This document shows positions 48,101 to 61,520 of a DNA stretch of 64,000 nt, piece after piece. The notes beneath the pieces are model-generated. The model had not been told where the DNA came from. It saw only the letters and a program-made list of their open reading frames with translations, and ran no database searches. Position 1 is the stretch's first letter; the number at the start of each line of letters is the position of its first letter. The translations under genes and the position numbers were made by a program. Source of the stretch: Raillietiella orientalis (lineage: Eukaryota); contig JAYWIR010000015.1 in assembly GCA_036172245.1 (NCBI GenBank), forward strand, positions 2,418,001 through 2,482,000, given 5' to 3'.

Positions 48101-48891
48101 ATTATTTGTTTTGCTTTTAAAAATTGATCCCAATTATTTATTTATTTATGTTTTCAAACCAATCCTATCTGAAGAATTTTATGATAATCACCAAAAAAGT
48201 GGAACCTGATGCTATCCACAACCGTGGATTTTTTGTCTGAAAGTCTCTTTCAAATATGGAGTAACATCGATTAGCCTGTAAAGAAAACTTGTAAGTTGTG
48301 GCTAATGTAACCACAGTAACCACCTCCTGGTAATTGAAAAATATGGAAATACAGAATCAAATCTATATTTTTTCAAAAACTTGCTTTTGTGCTTAATTGA
48401 TTGTTATCGTGCTTAATCCTCTTAAAAGTTGAATACGTCGAATACTTCGAGTTTTTCCACTCTTGCTGGATTTCATTGAAAAAATTTGAAACTTCAAACA
48501 CTTCCCATGCTGCTGCACATTTGACAGAATAATAAGTATAAAAATAATCTCAAAGAAACTCGAAATCAAACTAATGTAAGCATGAATAAACTAGAACCTA
48601 TGAAATGGTGAACTAGAACCTATGAAGGTAAGCATGAATAAACTAGAACCACTGCAAATATTCGGCAATTTCGCATAAATGAAAAGGTTATTAGACAAAC
48701 TCTAAAAATAAATTTGATCCCTATTCACCATGTATTTTTCATATTTTAGCATAAATACTTCTTTACACAGTCTAGCACTAAAAACATTACTCACATTTGA
48801 AGTATCTTTTAGCTAGCACACGACCATAGTGGATTTTATCATAACCACCTCGAGGAGGTAAATCTTGCGTCCACGCGACTTTCTCGCTCAT
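44908..48891 (-). CDS. NDUFA13: NADH dehydrogenase [ubiquinone] 1 alpha subcomplex subunit 13 (GRIM-19/B16.6), complement(join(44908..45115,46732..46803,46850..46928,48795..48891)), 151 aa
   Basis: Exons of 97+79+72+208=456 nt join in frame: MSEKVAWTQDLPPRGGYDKIHYGRVLAKRYFKSWHLITGYVVITSAAVWNYYQECKIIKKHKVENASGWLAVLPVIRAEEDRAFLKQLKKNKAAEEKLMADDPNWEFGMWQGEKIYKSLPKDYFFKPTLDEYWVHANPKELEYRRNIRHYH. QDxPPxGGY, one TM helix, PxxxAExDR and the W-x-x-G-x-W-x-G-E segment are GRIM-19 family signatures. Confidence 0.95.
46732..46803 (-). CDS. NDUFA13: NDUFA13 exon 3
   Basis: Acceptor cttacaag| and donor GC|GTAAGT; KHKVENASGWLAVLPVIRAEEDR(A). Confidence 0.88.
46850..46928 (-). CDS. NDUFA13: NDUFA13 exon 2 (transmembrane helix)
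   Basis: Acceptor ttattttattag| and donor AA|GTATGT; (S)WHLITGYVVITSAAVWNYYQECKII(K). Confidence 0.9.
48576..48650. repeat. Short local tandem duplications in NDUFA13 intron 1
   Basis: taagcatgaataaactagaacc occurs twice, aactagaacctatgaa twice, and the core AACTAGAACC three times. Confidence 0.75.
48795..48891 (-). CDS. NDUFA13: NDUFA13 exon 1
   Basis: ATG at 48891; MSEKVAWTQDLPPRGGY...RYFK; donor T|GTGAGT. Confidence 0.93.
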
Positions 48892-51800
48892 GATTCACCC
48901 AAAATGAGCCAAGATGTTTTCACAAACACCACTTCACTCCTAGATGAGTTTCGAAAGCATACATTACATACATTCGTGGAACATATTATTCGTAAATAAT
49001 TAAAGTAGAATTTTATTTATGCATACATGCGAGCGCCGACTTGTGCACAAAGAGGAACTGGTGAAAAACAAACAAGCATTCCAAGTTAAAAGAGCATGTG
49101 AATTCGAGTACATATCTTACACTTTGATTTTGAATCTATATATTCGTATTAAATGCAAATGAGACGGCAGGTATGTAGAACAGATCTCATGTACGATTTT
49201 CACAATCGTAAGTACACGAAATTGAAATGTGTTTCGAACAATTCAAATGCAGTCTGGAATCTCATCATACAAAAACTGAAGTTACCTACAAAAAGCAGCA
49301 TTTCTTTACTTACTTAAGAAAATAGCACACGTAATTAGACAGAAATTCGGTGCAAAATTGATTTCTCGAAAATTAGTCACTAAATAGTCATGAAATAAAT
49401 TAAAGCATACTTAGGGGTACATTTCCATTTGCCATTTTCTAGATGAAAAATGCCCTCCTTACTTGTGCCATATTTTTTGAAATATTTTAAAGTGCTATGC
49501 TGATTCGTGTATTGATTATCTGCTACATTGAGTATTATGTGACTTCCTTCTCCGTAATAAAATTGAATTGCATGAGTTCGTCGGAGAGAAACTGATTACC
49601 ATAAATTCTGAGGATAATTTCCTCCAACTGCAGAGCATTTCCTTCAAGAGGCAAACAATATTGATCCATCTGTATCACCGAAATAGGCAATGATTACAGA
49701 ATTTAATTTTTCAAAGCGTACATTGAAATGAGAATAAATAAGATGACTTGAAATTACCAGAAAAGAATAAAGGAGTGAAGTATTTTCATCAGTTCCTTTC
49801 AAACCAAATTAAAAGTGCCTTTAAATCTCAGCTTCGCAGAGAAAATTTAAGCTCTTGCTACATGAAAAAGATGAGCTGCTTTCAGAAGCATCCGACAGTG
49901 AAAAGTTTGCCAAAATTACTAAGGAAACTGTAGTCTAATTCCGATATACTTTCTGCGATGCATTTCTTCAATGACTTCTTGATTATGCCAAATTTGCTTC
50001 GTAGAGTATCTGCCTTGGCCGTTAAAATTTTCGATTTATTTGCAATGGTCCTAAAACTTGAAATTTCAGTCCATCCAGCTACAAGGTGACTTCAGTCCTG
50101 GAGTCATGAGAAAATTCAATCATATCGAAACGAGTAAAATAGATATTCCCTCTAAAATGATGCCTAGCTAGCTGCAACTGCTGTCATGTGCTAGGAACAT
50201 ATCTTTTGGATCCGTTTTCGTCCGCATGAATAATGATTAATCGTCCCCTTTTGTGAATATTGATTTTAGTAATTGTACGTACATATCGTTTAATGACGGG
50301 AACGTAATTATTCAAAAGTTGGTGAGGCTTTGTGAACGATTTCTCAGCCATTTAAAAGATTGAATAAGCATGCATTCTTGCTTTCTCATCTTTGAATTAG
50401 ATGGAAACTAGGGAGGTTCATCAGAATCCGAATGGAAATGAAAACATTATTGCCAAACTCATAAAGATTTGGCGGCAAGAAAGAACCACCTGAAGTTAAC
50501 TTACTTATTTCTCTCATTAAAAATGTATTTTCGAATCAAATATAAACAACTTTGGGATTCTTTCTTATCCCTGGAAGCTTTCAAAGATTTTTAGGATTTC
50601 ACGGTTATTTTCCTTTCCCCCCCCCCCCCCCCCCCTCTGAGTTCTGCTTGCGTAAGAGGAATCCCACATGTCGCAAGAGATCTTGATTTACATTGCATGC
50701 TGTGAAAACTTGATATCTTGTTTATAAAAAATGAGAAAGGTCCCTTAATGACATGAAATGCAAAAGGAATTCAAATAATGCTCGCTCAAAATGGGGGAAA
50801 TAATTACAGAGTGATTAAGGAATACATACAATTCGGTCCCGATATTAGTTAACAAAACATACGTAAAAGTTTAAAGTTAAAATTCAGCAACTTGAACCCC
50901 AGAACATTGAAGCTCAAGTTTTCCATAGCCATTTGAGAGCGAAAATTGTGATTGGGACTGGTGCGTACAAGAGAACTGAACCAAGAAATATGCAGTGCGT
51001 TTTTTTCTTATTTGCAGTTTCTGACAGAAAACATGGAGTGCGAAACGGAAAATTTCGTTTGGACAACTTTAATGGTATTATGCAAGAAGGCACAAAAGCA
51101 TGCGGATCCAGTTTCCTACTGTTGATGAAAATAAATTATTTCTTTACCTGGTTTACATAAGTTCAAAGCAGTAACATAAAACCTCTACAGCTACATTCTA
51201 CACATCATGTGGCTTTCTATTTGGAGATTATTGCCAGTAATAATCCCAGCAACCACGAAAAGAATCATACTGCCCGTACGAAACACAGACACCAATCAGT
51301 GCTTAAGTCAGAAAAGTCACCGATATGATTGAACACACGAATGTGTGTGCAGAATGTTTCTAGCGTCCTCACTGCAACCCAAAAAACAAGCCATGGCTCA
51401 GGTTATCAAATTTCTGAATGTCCAGTTTAAATGGATAAATGAAATCACTTGCGTACGACACAGAAAAGGTAGGACTGAGCACGCTTCTGATGCACGTATC
51501 ATGATAATTGCTGCTGCAAAAATTATAACTGGAGGTTTTTATTTTTCTTTGCTTTTTTTTTAGCATCGCAAAATATAAGATGGGAAACGCACTTTCAAAA
51601 TTCCGCAGGTCCTCTCGGCTGTCACCGCCGAGAGGACCTGAGAGCTTTTTTATGATGTTGGCCGAAAACAAGCTATGCACAACTGTTGTACTTGTAATAC
51701 CGTGATCAAATAGCCAAAGATTAAAGTATAAAGGACTATATGAAAAAATGTAATGCCTGACCAAGTGAAGGCAGCTTCCATCTATAAACATCAGGGATGA

Positions 51801-54800
51801 TCCGACATCAGGCATCCCATGTCATTGTCCACCAGGAAATGCTCATTCGGATGCTTCTTTTGATAGACCAAAATTTCACAAACGCGAATTGATTACCTTT
51901 AGAAGCAATGGTCGCAGGATTGCATCTTTGGTGCTGCATGAAGATAGAATGGAGATAGAATGAAAGATAGTTAGTTTTCGTTTGCGTCTTAAGCGTGTGC
52001 TATTGAGCTACTTTCTTTCTGAAATCTAATTCCCAAGACGTGGATGGAATGTGTTCCTGAAACTCATTAGCACTTGTTAAGTTTGAGAATTCAATAAAGC
52101 ACTCCCATCAACCATCACTGAGGTGCTACATGAATGCAGAATGCAGGTTTGCCTATCTACCAACTGATTCAGGAAACTAGCGTTGCACTGGTGCAATCTA
52201 CTCCGTACGGAAAAATATTTCTGCTGTTTGCCAGGGCGTATCGTCAGCAATGCTAGTTTTAATGACACATTCTTTATGATTTACTTGATAGCTGCCTTAA
52301 TAGCTCTCCTACCATTTGCAGAAAGCTTCCATACCACGTAGGCCATAACGATCGGAAGAACGAAGGGTGATTTCGGCCTGCAAGGATAGGTCACGTGTCG
52401 TACACGAGCATTCAGCAAAACAGAATTTATGCTCCTAATTTATGCTCCTTCGTTGTAAACCGTGGCCGATTGTTTTTATTATATATCATCTAATGTGCTT
52501 GCACGCTTATCTGAGACTACTGATAAATAGTTATTCAAGAATTTCTTTCATGAGAATTCGTAACTAAGCTTATTCTGTATTGGGAAAACGAAGGGGATGG
52601 ATTTCTCGCACTGTTAGCAGGAAGTTTCGACATTTCCCAAGCCAATCAAGCAGCTTAACATTGTATCCTTCAAACTGCTCTTGCGACTGTTAGCTCTTAA
52701 GACGCTAATAAAGGAGTACAGAAATTTTGTCACGTTTGGTGCAAACCTATGCATTGATTTATGAATCAGACAGAGGGATTGGCAGATTCCGCCTATCTTC
52801 TCAAACGCAGTACCAGTATTCCTCTTCCTTGAACTCCTGATCGAAAATTCTTGTCTGAGGGAGGAGAATGAAAACTTTCGTTTCACTTTCCACCGATCCT
52901 CTTTTCGACAGGGGAAATCGCAAAATTCCCTAAACTACCGTTGATCTTTCATTCCAAAGTTTGCTCACATGTTTGCTCTAAATTCCCAATTTCGGTTTCG
53001 TTATGGGGGAACGTAGCATTTTCGATTTGGTGGCAGCAGGAACCTTAAGGAAAAAGTTCACCTCCCAGGTGAATTTAAAAACTGTTTCTGGTTGGAGTAT
53101 GTCTTTGCTTAATAAAGGTTTATCCAAGGAGCAAATCCATCATCGATGTAGGGTGACATATTTCAGTAAATACACTGATGTTCGCTTGGTTTGTAGCGCC
53201 CAACCGTGCGTCCCTTAACGCGTTCGTATGGGGTCCCGGAATGTCACCAGAGATCATTACGTCACCGACGCACATTCTATCAGCTCCATCAGACATGAGA
53301 CTTTCCAGTAGAACAGCATGTCTCTGCCGAACTCCATCATCTTGCAGATTTCTTTAAATGCTTGCAGAAAGTAAGAAAGGAAAATTAGCATGCAAATGAC
53401 AAAGAATCGTCTGATGTTTGATTTGATGGAGAGAGCGTGTGGGCCGTCCGGAAAGTAGACCATTTGTCGCAGGGCTGAACACAAGGGCCATCAAGACAGA
53501 AGTGGTACAAAAGGGAATCTCGGCATCTCTGCGCACTGAGGCTGCACAATAACAAATCACACATCGCGAATTGCTTGGAACAAGGAAGTCTCAAAGTTCG
53601 CAGTGGAGTGAACCAAATTACCCAAGTTCCTCGAGGCAACAGCTTTTCTCGATTGTGCTGTCATTCTACGCAACGGACTTATTTTTCCTAATTAGCAGGA
53701 ACTTGTGCGAAGCACCTTCATATATGATTCACTGACATAAAGAGGCAGTGTCCTTTTTCGAACCAGCGCTGCTATTTTGTTTCCTTCAGATTCTCCGGAA
53801 TCCCAAGTTCAGTAAGGAACGTTTGAATTCACTATTTGCAAGCTAGCCTTAGGGCTACCGAAGACAAAAAATCTCTTGTAGCAATGGTAAAACTACGCAG
53901 TTTCCTTTCCAAACGTCTTTCAATGGAGGCAGCTGAAATCATTTAGAAAACAAGGAAAATCCTGCTAAGGCTTGAAGTTTCGAGGGAAACATCACCAAGA
54001 CACTCGGGTGATTAAATTTGACACACGAATTGCATGTCTTCAGAAGATGAACGATTGTAGGCACTTGAAACGGTTTCCCAAATCTTTGGACAAGGTCAAG
54101 CTGAACGGCTTTCCAGCAGCGATTCAAAGTTTTGAAAGGAGTCCGTTAGAATGGTAAGCTTTCATTCGGGGTTACAGCATACGTCCATGTATCTTTTTAT
54201 CTTCACTTGACAAGTGAAAACACAATGAAAGCTCAAGGTTCAACAGTCGGTGGGATTCACGCGCCTTCCCGGAAAATAGGTCGCTTAAAAAATTAATTTG
54301 TGCTCGTAAAACCACTCCACATTTCATTTTTTTTTTTTTTTTTTGAAGAAATGAATTGAGAAGTGTCTATAAAGAAGCCAGTTGAGTTCTACATGGATAA
54401 GGTTCATAAGACGTAAACTGTCCATATCTTCGGAAAATGTTGTGTACTAGGTAGTGCTCACTTTTCCAAGTCTTTTTCATTTTCCCTCGATTTACTCTGA
54501 AAAAAAAACTGGTAGTTGTATAACCTAAAAGTTTGAAAAGGCTTCTGCTGTATCCCCATAAAATGATGTAACCCGGTCACGCTAATTATGTGCGTTTACG
54601 TTCAAGATGTCCTCTTGTTAGTAAAGTTGTACTACTTGTGGACAATCTCTTGGGATTCATGGCTGAAGACTCCTGAAATATTCGAATATCTATGGACAAA
54701 GTTCCGTGTTAGCGTCTTTCATATCTGATAAGTCCGTATTTCATACAGTTCATACAGCAAATACGCTTTAAGCATCCGTGAGAAAAGTATTACTTTGTAT

Positions 54801-57800
54801 GAGATCCCATTTCACTTGCACGCTGAGAATTACAAAGCATTCAACAGACGATTGCTTAAAATCCAAGATACTCTACATTGCAGTCAGAGAGGCTCTTGAA
54901 CAGAACTTCAGGAAACACTAGATCGACAAAAATACTAATCGTCACTTAATAGTCAAACCCGTGCCTGCCAATGTGCATCTGGGACTGCGGTGATTTTAAC
55001 TTTGAAATTTTGCTATAAAAAGTATTGTGTTAGACCATACCATTCGTAATCATGAAAACAGCTCCGATACTAAGTGTCACCACTAAAGGTGCTACCACCA
55101 ACAAACTATTTCCTCTGGAATATGAAAAGTAAAACATGATGGCACTCATCCACTTAAAGATGGAGCAAAAGATTAAGTGCTGAATTCAAAAAACGTTTCC
55201 GTTTAGGCTTGCAGTAAACATTTCGGCTAGAGATGCTCACAAAACCATGCTGCACCGTTTATGAGAATTTGCACAGTCTTCCTTAGCACTTCTTGAATAA
55301 AAACTTTCGGATTCGTTTAACACCAATTTGTTGCATAAAATAACATCATATCTGACTAGACGTGCTGAGAAAGTTTTCGAAACGTGACTCTCGGAAACCA
55401 AACAGCATCCCTAAGTTCTTGATTGCAGGATGCTGCTCACACGGAGCCCAAAATGCTGTAACTGCTACGACACTTATCGCTTGCATTTTCTTGCCACCAC
55501 TTTACTGTCAAAAAAAATACAATGAAAAGAATGCAAAAAAACAGAAAAAACCGACCAACTCCATCATAACATCTATAAATGAAACATAAGAGTGATCTCA
55601 TGGATGACTAGTTTCTGATTCTCACTCTCATTCAGATTCCAGAAAAGGAGTGAGATTCCAAGAGTGAGTAATTCCAGGAGTGAAGGGATTTCTTCATCTT
55701 CACTTCAGATGCTGAAACATGGGAAAGCGCACAGTTTCCCACGATAATTATAAGACAGTGAAATTATTAAGCAAAATTTCGCTAAGGAGCTGCTTTAGGA
55801 ATTCCAACGGAATTAAAATTTTAAAGACGACCATAAAAACATACAATTCTTCTCTGTAGCAATCGTTGGAATGGAACAATAAGAAATGGTTATCGCGGTG
55901 ACCTTACTATTCTGCTTTATTTCTCTAGGATTGAGGCTTTTGTAGTGACAACACTTTACAGTTTACTCAGAAATTGAAGAACGTGTATTCCATTTGATAC
56001 ACCATCTGGTGCACCACTTAGAGTCTATCTTACCAAGTAAATACGTTGCAGAAAGTCACTGTTTAGTCACATAGAAAGGTCATCCCAAAAGTCACAAACA
56101 CTTTCGCATTTGTAGCCGCTTGCTACTAGCGAAAATGAGTTCCCCTATTCCAGTCTGGCAGCTCAAGGCATCCTCGGAGCTGGCCTTACAGTAAACACTG
56201 TAATCACATTACAAGGATAGCATCAAGTACCATAGGGTGCTAAGTTTCCTTAGGTTTTCATCCACATGCCATGCACTAGCGTGGCATAAAAATCATAATG
56301 AGATTCACCTTTCATTTTATTGCTGTTTTTCAACTTTTTCCGAATGGAACAGGAGTCCGTTCCTTTCGAATCACCTGATTTACTTGAGACATGATTCCTT
56401 TTTCAGGCATATTTCGATTTCAGTCATTCATAACCCTTCCTAGTTTTCTCAGACTGCTTGTTACTTATGCATTACTTATGTGTAGTCGCCTTACCACCTA
56501 TTGGGATTCGTATCAACCACATTCTGCTGGCACTCTTCCAATGCAAATTTCTATCCTTATTTTCGAGATATAAAGATTAAAAACTTCATAATGGAGATAT
56601 TTTGCAAATCACGGTTGTAAAGTTGGCAGGTCTCCTTCGATTCAATGCCCTTCTACACTCAACAAGTTCATTTCAGTTCTGAAATCACATTATTCTACAA
56701 TATTTGAAGAATTCGTTTACTTCTTCCACACTCAGAACTATGTGCCAAGCACTGCACAGCATCAAAACTTCTAGAGGTCAACAGAATATAACAGCGGAAC
56801 ATCTGGAAGAGAGATCTGAAGATTTACCATGTACCATCTTGCTACTGATACGTTGTGATTATTAACTGACCAAAAAAAGACTTTTTGCTCTTTCTGATTG
56901 TAATTCTCAAAAAGGCCATTTCCACTTCTCTGGCAAGAGATATTGCTACAATTTCAAAAGATATCATGAAATGCTCAAGTTATTTTATTGGCAAAAAACA
57001 TCCGTATGATGTGTAAACTCACAGAGCTAACACACTGAAAAAGGTGAAATGTTTGAAGTGTAGTTAGCATGCTTCATTATTTTGGAAAATTTCCTAGAAG
57101 AACTCCCATGTGCCATTTGGGAAATGCGAAATCACAAGGAAATTAAGAATCTGGATCAAATCTGATTGATCTGGAAGTCAACTTTTGAACTTTTTTCTTA
57201 CTAAGGCTGATTCGTTTCTGATATTGATATAATACGTCTACTATTATTGTTGCTCATTTTTTTTTTTTGCTAGCATCAAATGTGTCTGCTAGTAAACTCA
57301 CTTCCTCTGCTATTAGTGTGCTTTCACTAATCCTTTTGCGAAACTGTGCTGCAACTGGCAGATGATCATCGCAATCCTCCAAGCCAGCCTAAATCTTCAA
57401 ATGCACATTTAAGAGAAATGACAGGTCCATAATGAAATGCTCGGCAACGCATTCCATATAAAAAAAATTAGTTGAACTTCATCGATGTACTACAACTGAA
57501 TCCTTCGCTCAATCAAATAAATTGTTTCAATAAAACAAAAACTTCAATCATTCGGATTGCCTTAGCACCCTTCTTTTGCATCCTATGCTTCTTTTTTTGT
57601 TGATGCTGAAGTTGCTTCGATCCTTTAATTATTGTTTCTGAGCGAAAAACAAACTTTAGCTAATCAATAGTTTGCTGATCTTTAGCAGAAAAATTTATTC
57701 ACCTTTCTTTCATTAAAAGCTTAAATACTCTGAATGACATTAGTTTTGTTAAATGTTTCCTCATGCTTTTTTCTTCTGGATATAAACAGTTTAATTCAGG

Positions 57801-59572
57801 TCATCAATCATCATGCTAAATGAATAAATAGTTACAATGCAAACATAGTACAATCCTGAAAAGTTTAAAATCAGTTTAAAATATTATATCTTCAAATGCC
57901 ATCACTGGGAAGTGATGCAAAGACACTTTTATTATGAAATTTTCAAACTCATCTCGACTTGTAACTCTCTGCAGCTCTTTGCATTCTAAGTCCAATACAA
58001 AACATCCATATCAGAAAATTTTTTTACACAATTCTTGCTTATCAACCATCCCAGGTTAGGTTAAACTTATTAGACAGTAATAATTTAATTAGATTTTTCC
58101 TCACACTGCTGTTTAATTATTTACAAATGGAACACTTGAATGTTGCACAGTATTTAAATTACACTAACAATATAATTTCATGAATTTCTACTTTAAATAA
58201 ACCAAACATATACAGATTGTAAAGGACTTCTTAACTTATGTATATTTTCTTAATGATATGGAGCCAAAATGTGTAATTGCTAGCTTAAAAACACTGGTTA
58301 TTAGGTGAAAAGTCACTCAGTAAACAAACACATGTACATGCATGAAGGTTCAACATACCATTTTTGAAAATACTACATGTAGATTGATCGAGAAAGAATA
58401 AAACAAAATATATAATTTGGACATAGATATTAACAACTAAATCTCGACATTACAAGTTTTCACATTCCATTGTAAAACAGAAAATACTTTTACAAATGAG
58501 TGACTATGCACAAAATTGAACATCGAAGAAAATAACCAATAATTAATTTGCATGAAACCATGACAAAATCAAGAGTACCTCGGTTGTGTAAAAAGATGAG
58601 AAATGAAGATTCAAGGCTGAAATAAACTCTCGAGGAAAATAAGAACAAATGCAGAAATTTCCTTTTTTTAAATCATTCAATACAAATAACTGACACTTGT
58701 AACGTAATTAATGTAAACTAAATTTTGAGGTAATTTTTCAAATGCATGTAAACCCCAATTCCTGCTTTATGAGGAAATTCAATGTATCTGATAACTCTGA
58801 GTTTTAGAAATGTTTGAAACACTCCACACATGTGATGGTTACTGCATACTTGTGTATTTGCACTTTGACGTTCAATGTGTGTATGTATTGTAATCAATAC
58901 ACTTACTTTTTCTGACATTCTTATTTTATGCAGAGGAAACCATCAATACAATTTAATTTAAACTACGTGTCTGCTGAAGAAAACTGAAGCAATGAATGAA
59001 GAAAGCATTACTTTTGAAATAATAAAGAAAATCTAAAAAAATTTATGCTCTGTAGTTCTATATAATAATGATTAAAAACAATCAATTTTCGTAATGAACA
59101 AAGATGACTGAATGAGTACTTGAAAATTAAAAACTGTAAGGAGTACATCCTGACATCCATTAACACTTCTTTATTGGAATACTGCATTACCTTACAAACT
59201 ATTATACACAACAAAATAATATATACTTTCGAAAAATTCATGCATCATCATTATCATTTTACATTGTCAATATCTGGGATAAAAATACAGATAAGAAGTC
59301 AATAATACTGAATATATATCATAATACCATTATCAATGTACACTTAGCAGAACTAAATAAATAATCACATACAAACATATTCCAGGGAAACTGTGAATTA
59401 CAAAAAAAGAAACCAAGCTTCCTAAGACAACACTCTTCTGTATCTAGAATTACACACCTGAGTGCATGGTCTGCTAATGTTAATCTACATGGAATGCCAC
59501 ATATCAGACTGCAAAATATGCACACACAAAATACTGAAATCTTCCATGCTCAGATCATTGCAATACTGAAGT

Positions 59573-59725
59573 TTATGCTTTAAAATGGTCTGTTCGACGT
59601 ATGGCACAACAAAGAACAATTGAGAAAAACAAGCCCAAAAATTCAACAGCCATTACAGCAATAACAATTGCAGCAGCTGTCCAGAAATGTGTGCGCAAAT
59701 ACTCTTCCAATTTGTTAGCACACCC
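59573..59725 (-). CDS. Tsp96F: Tetraspanin coding exon 5 (TM4, stop)
   Basis: ttcctttag|GCANKLEEYLRTHFWTAAAIVIAVMAVEFLGLFFSIVLCCAIRRTDHFKA then TAA. Confidence 0.92.
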   Translation of the reverse strand, partial: GCANKLEEYLRTHFWTAAAIVIAVMAVEFLGLFFSIVLCCAIRRTDHFKA

Positions 59726-61520
59726 CTAAAGGAAGGAGAGTATGTAAAAGTATGAAAAAAGATTAGTGAGCTACCTCTGAATACAGATTTGGCAAGGTGG
59801 GAGATGCACGTGGAGGAATTTTGCGTGAATTTTCACAGGTTTCTCTTGCCTCGGGATGAATGCAACATGAAGTGGGCACACTGAATGTGTGAGGTTCAAT
59901 AATGCCTAATTCAACTCGGGTTCCATGATTGTATTCACTACTACTCCAATCCTGAGCACTAATTGCTCCACAACATTGCAACTATTTAAAGCAAAAGCAA
60001 ATCACAAGTCCCACAGAAATGCATCACATCCTACCTCTGTTTGCAAAGTATCAAATGCAACTGTTCTTAATTCTTGTCCAGGTTTTCCATATTCCTTTTG
60101 TACAGTTTTTTTCATACTATCTCTTATCAGATCTTTCAGATCATCTTTCTGTTTGACACACCAGACTACAGCAATTATTTGTGCGAGAAGAATCAACAAG
60201 ACCATTAAGAAGTACTGAAAAAATGAAACTCAAATCAATAAAGACATCTTGGATGCACTTCAAATGAGATCATGAATTGAAATAAGATGATTAACATAAA
60301 ATCAAAATTACTGCTTTCCCATCACTGCATGGAGAATGTAAAGATTTACTATGGATATTCATAAGAGCTGAAACATTATAAATCTGAGCACATTTTTATT
60401 GAACATCAGATGAATAATTTTCTATATTTTTGCATCAATCAGATTAAATGTTTATTGCTGATTTCACTTTTAATTCCTTTCAAGTACTTTCTTTATTATT
60501 GCAAAGCAATGAAATCGTGTAAACTATGTAGAACATACAACAAATCTTTACTTACCTAAATAACTGCTTTATTTACCATTGCATGCACACACAGGATTTG
60601 TGAATCTCATAAAAATTACTATGCAAAAAGAGGTACTCGAAATTTGAAGGCTTGAAAGTGTAAAAATCTCAATAATAGCATAAAAATCTCAATCTCGATA
60701 ATCACATGCCACAATCAACAACATTACAGCTTGTGATGATGCTGTAAATGCAAAATAGCTTCTAAAGAACCTAATTAAGACTTATGACTAAAATATCAAT
60801 GATAACATGAAATCATTCACCAAGCATGTTGGATTCAAACCTGAAATCTTTTTCTATGAAATGATTAACCGAAGTTTATGCATAAAAAATCATAACTTTC
60901 TTAACACAACTGAGTGCACCTATTTACTTAAAATGTGAGTTTACATCAAATAGGATGCACAGGGATCATAAATTTCTGTAACAATATAATAAAGAGAATA
61001 ATGGCTTACTGAAAACAGCATACACTGTGACTCTCTCAAAGCTCCACAGCATCCTAGAAAGCCAACCACAGTCATGATTGCTCCTACTGCTATTAGTAAA
61101 TACAGTCCAGTATTATAATGTTCTGGTGGCGAAACATGTTGCATGTATGATGAAGTGTCAAAATAAACCCATAATGACAATGCAAGAATAGTCAGACCTG
61201 CAAGCTACAAACTTGTTGTAGGTTATTAAAATCAACAAAATTGTTCAAGTAATTTTTCATGCATTAAAACAATAGTTTACATACAGGCTTAAGACAGACA
61301 ATAGACAACCGAATACTATAAATAAATGTATTGATTACATACACCAAAAATAGGTTATTTAATGCAATGCAAACGTAGTGAAATCATACACATAATATTT
61401 TCTTTTCCAGAATTGGCAAGAATTAGAAAGTGTTTGGCATAATAATCAACTTACCCAAAACAATAAATTGAAAATTAACACAGTATACTTGATGCAAGCA
61501 TAACAACCCTTTAAAGCCAT
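59573..61520 (-). CDS. Tsp96F: Tetraspanin (Drosophila Tsp96F / CD9-CD81-like), complement(join(59573..59725,59775..59981,60035..60214,61010..61204,61455..61520)), 266 aa
   Basis: Five exons of 66+195+180+207+153=801 nt joined by phase-0 introns. Motifs: MALKGCYACIKYTVLIFNLLFW (TM1), GFLGCCGALRESQCML (TM2/ICL), LLAQII (TM3), a large loop with CCG, PTSCC, C and GC (6 Cys), TM4, and C-terminus CCAIRRTDHFKA. This closely resembles Tsp96F as recalled (RTVxFDTLQ, CCAVRNQHYKA). An acceptor ending at 61572 suggests an upstream non-coding exon. Confidence 0.94.
59775..59981 (-). CDS. Tsp96F: Tetraspanin coding exon 4 (CCG loop)
   Basis: tttaaatag|LQCCGAISAQDW...PTSCC...NLYSE|GTAGCT. Confidence 0.92.
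60035..60214 (-). CDS. Tsp96F: Tetraspanin coding exon 3
   Basis: ttttttcag|YFLMVLLILLAQIIAVVW...RTVAFDTLQTE|GTAGGA. Confidence 0.92.
61010..61204 (-). CDS. Tsp96F: Tetraspanin coding exon 2
   Basis: tttgtag|LAGLTILALSLWVYFD...GFLGCCGALRESQCMLFS|GTAAGC. Confidence 0.93.
61455..61520 (-). CDS. Tsp96F: Tetraspanin coding exon 1
   Basis: aacgccATGG start context; MALKGCYACIKYTVLIFNLLFW; donor TGG|GTAAGT. Confidence 0.92.

Noticed and set aside
58053..58064. AGGTTAGGTTAA, resembling the arthropod TTAGG telomere repeat
   Set aside because: Fewer than three units, so no evidence for an interstitial telomeric array.
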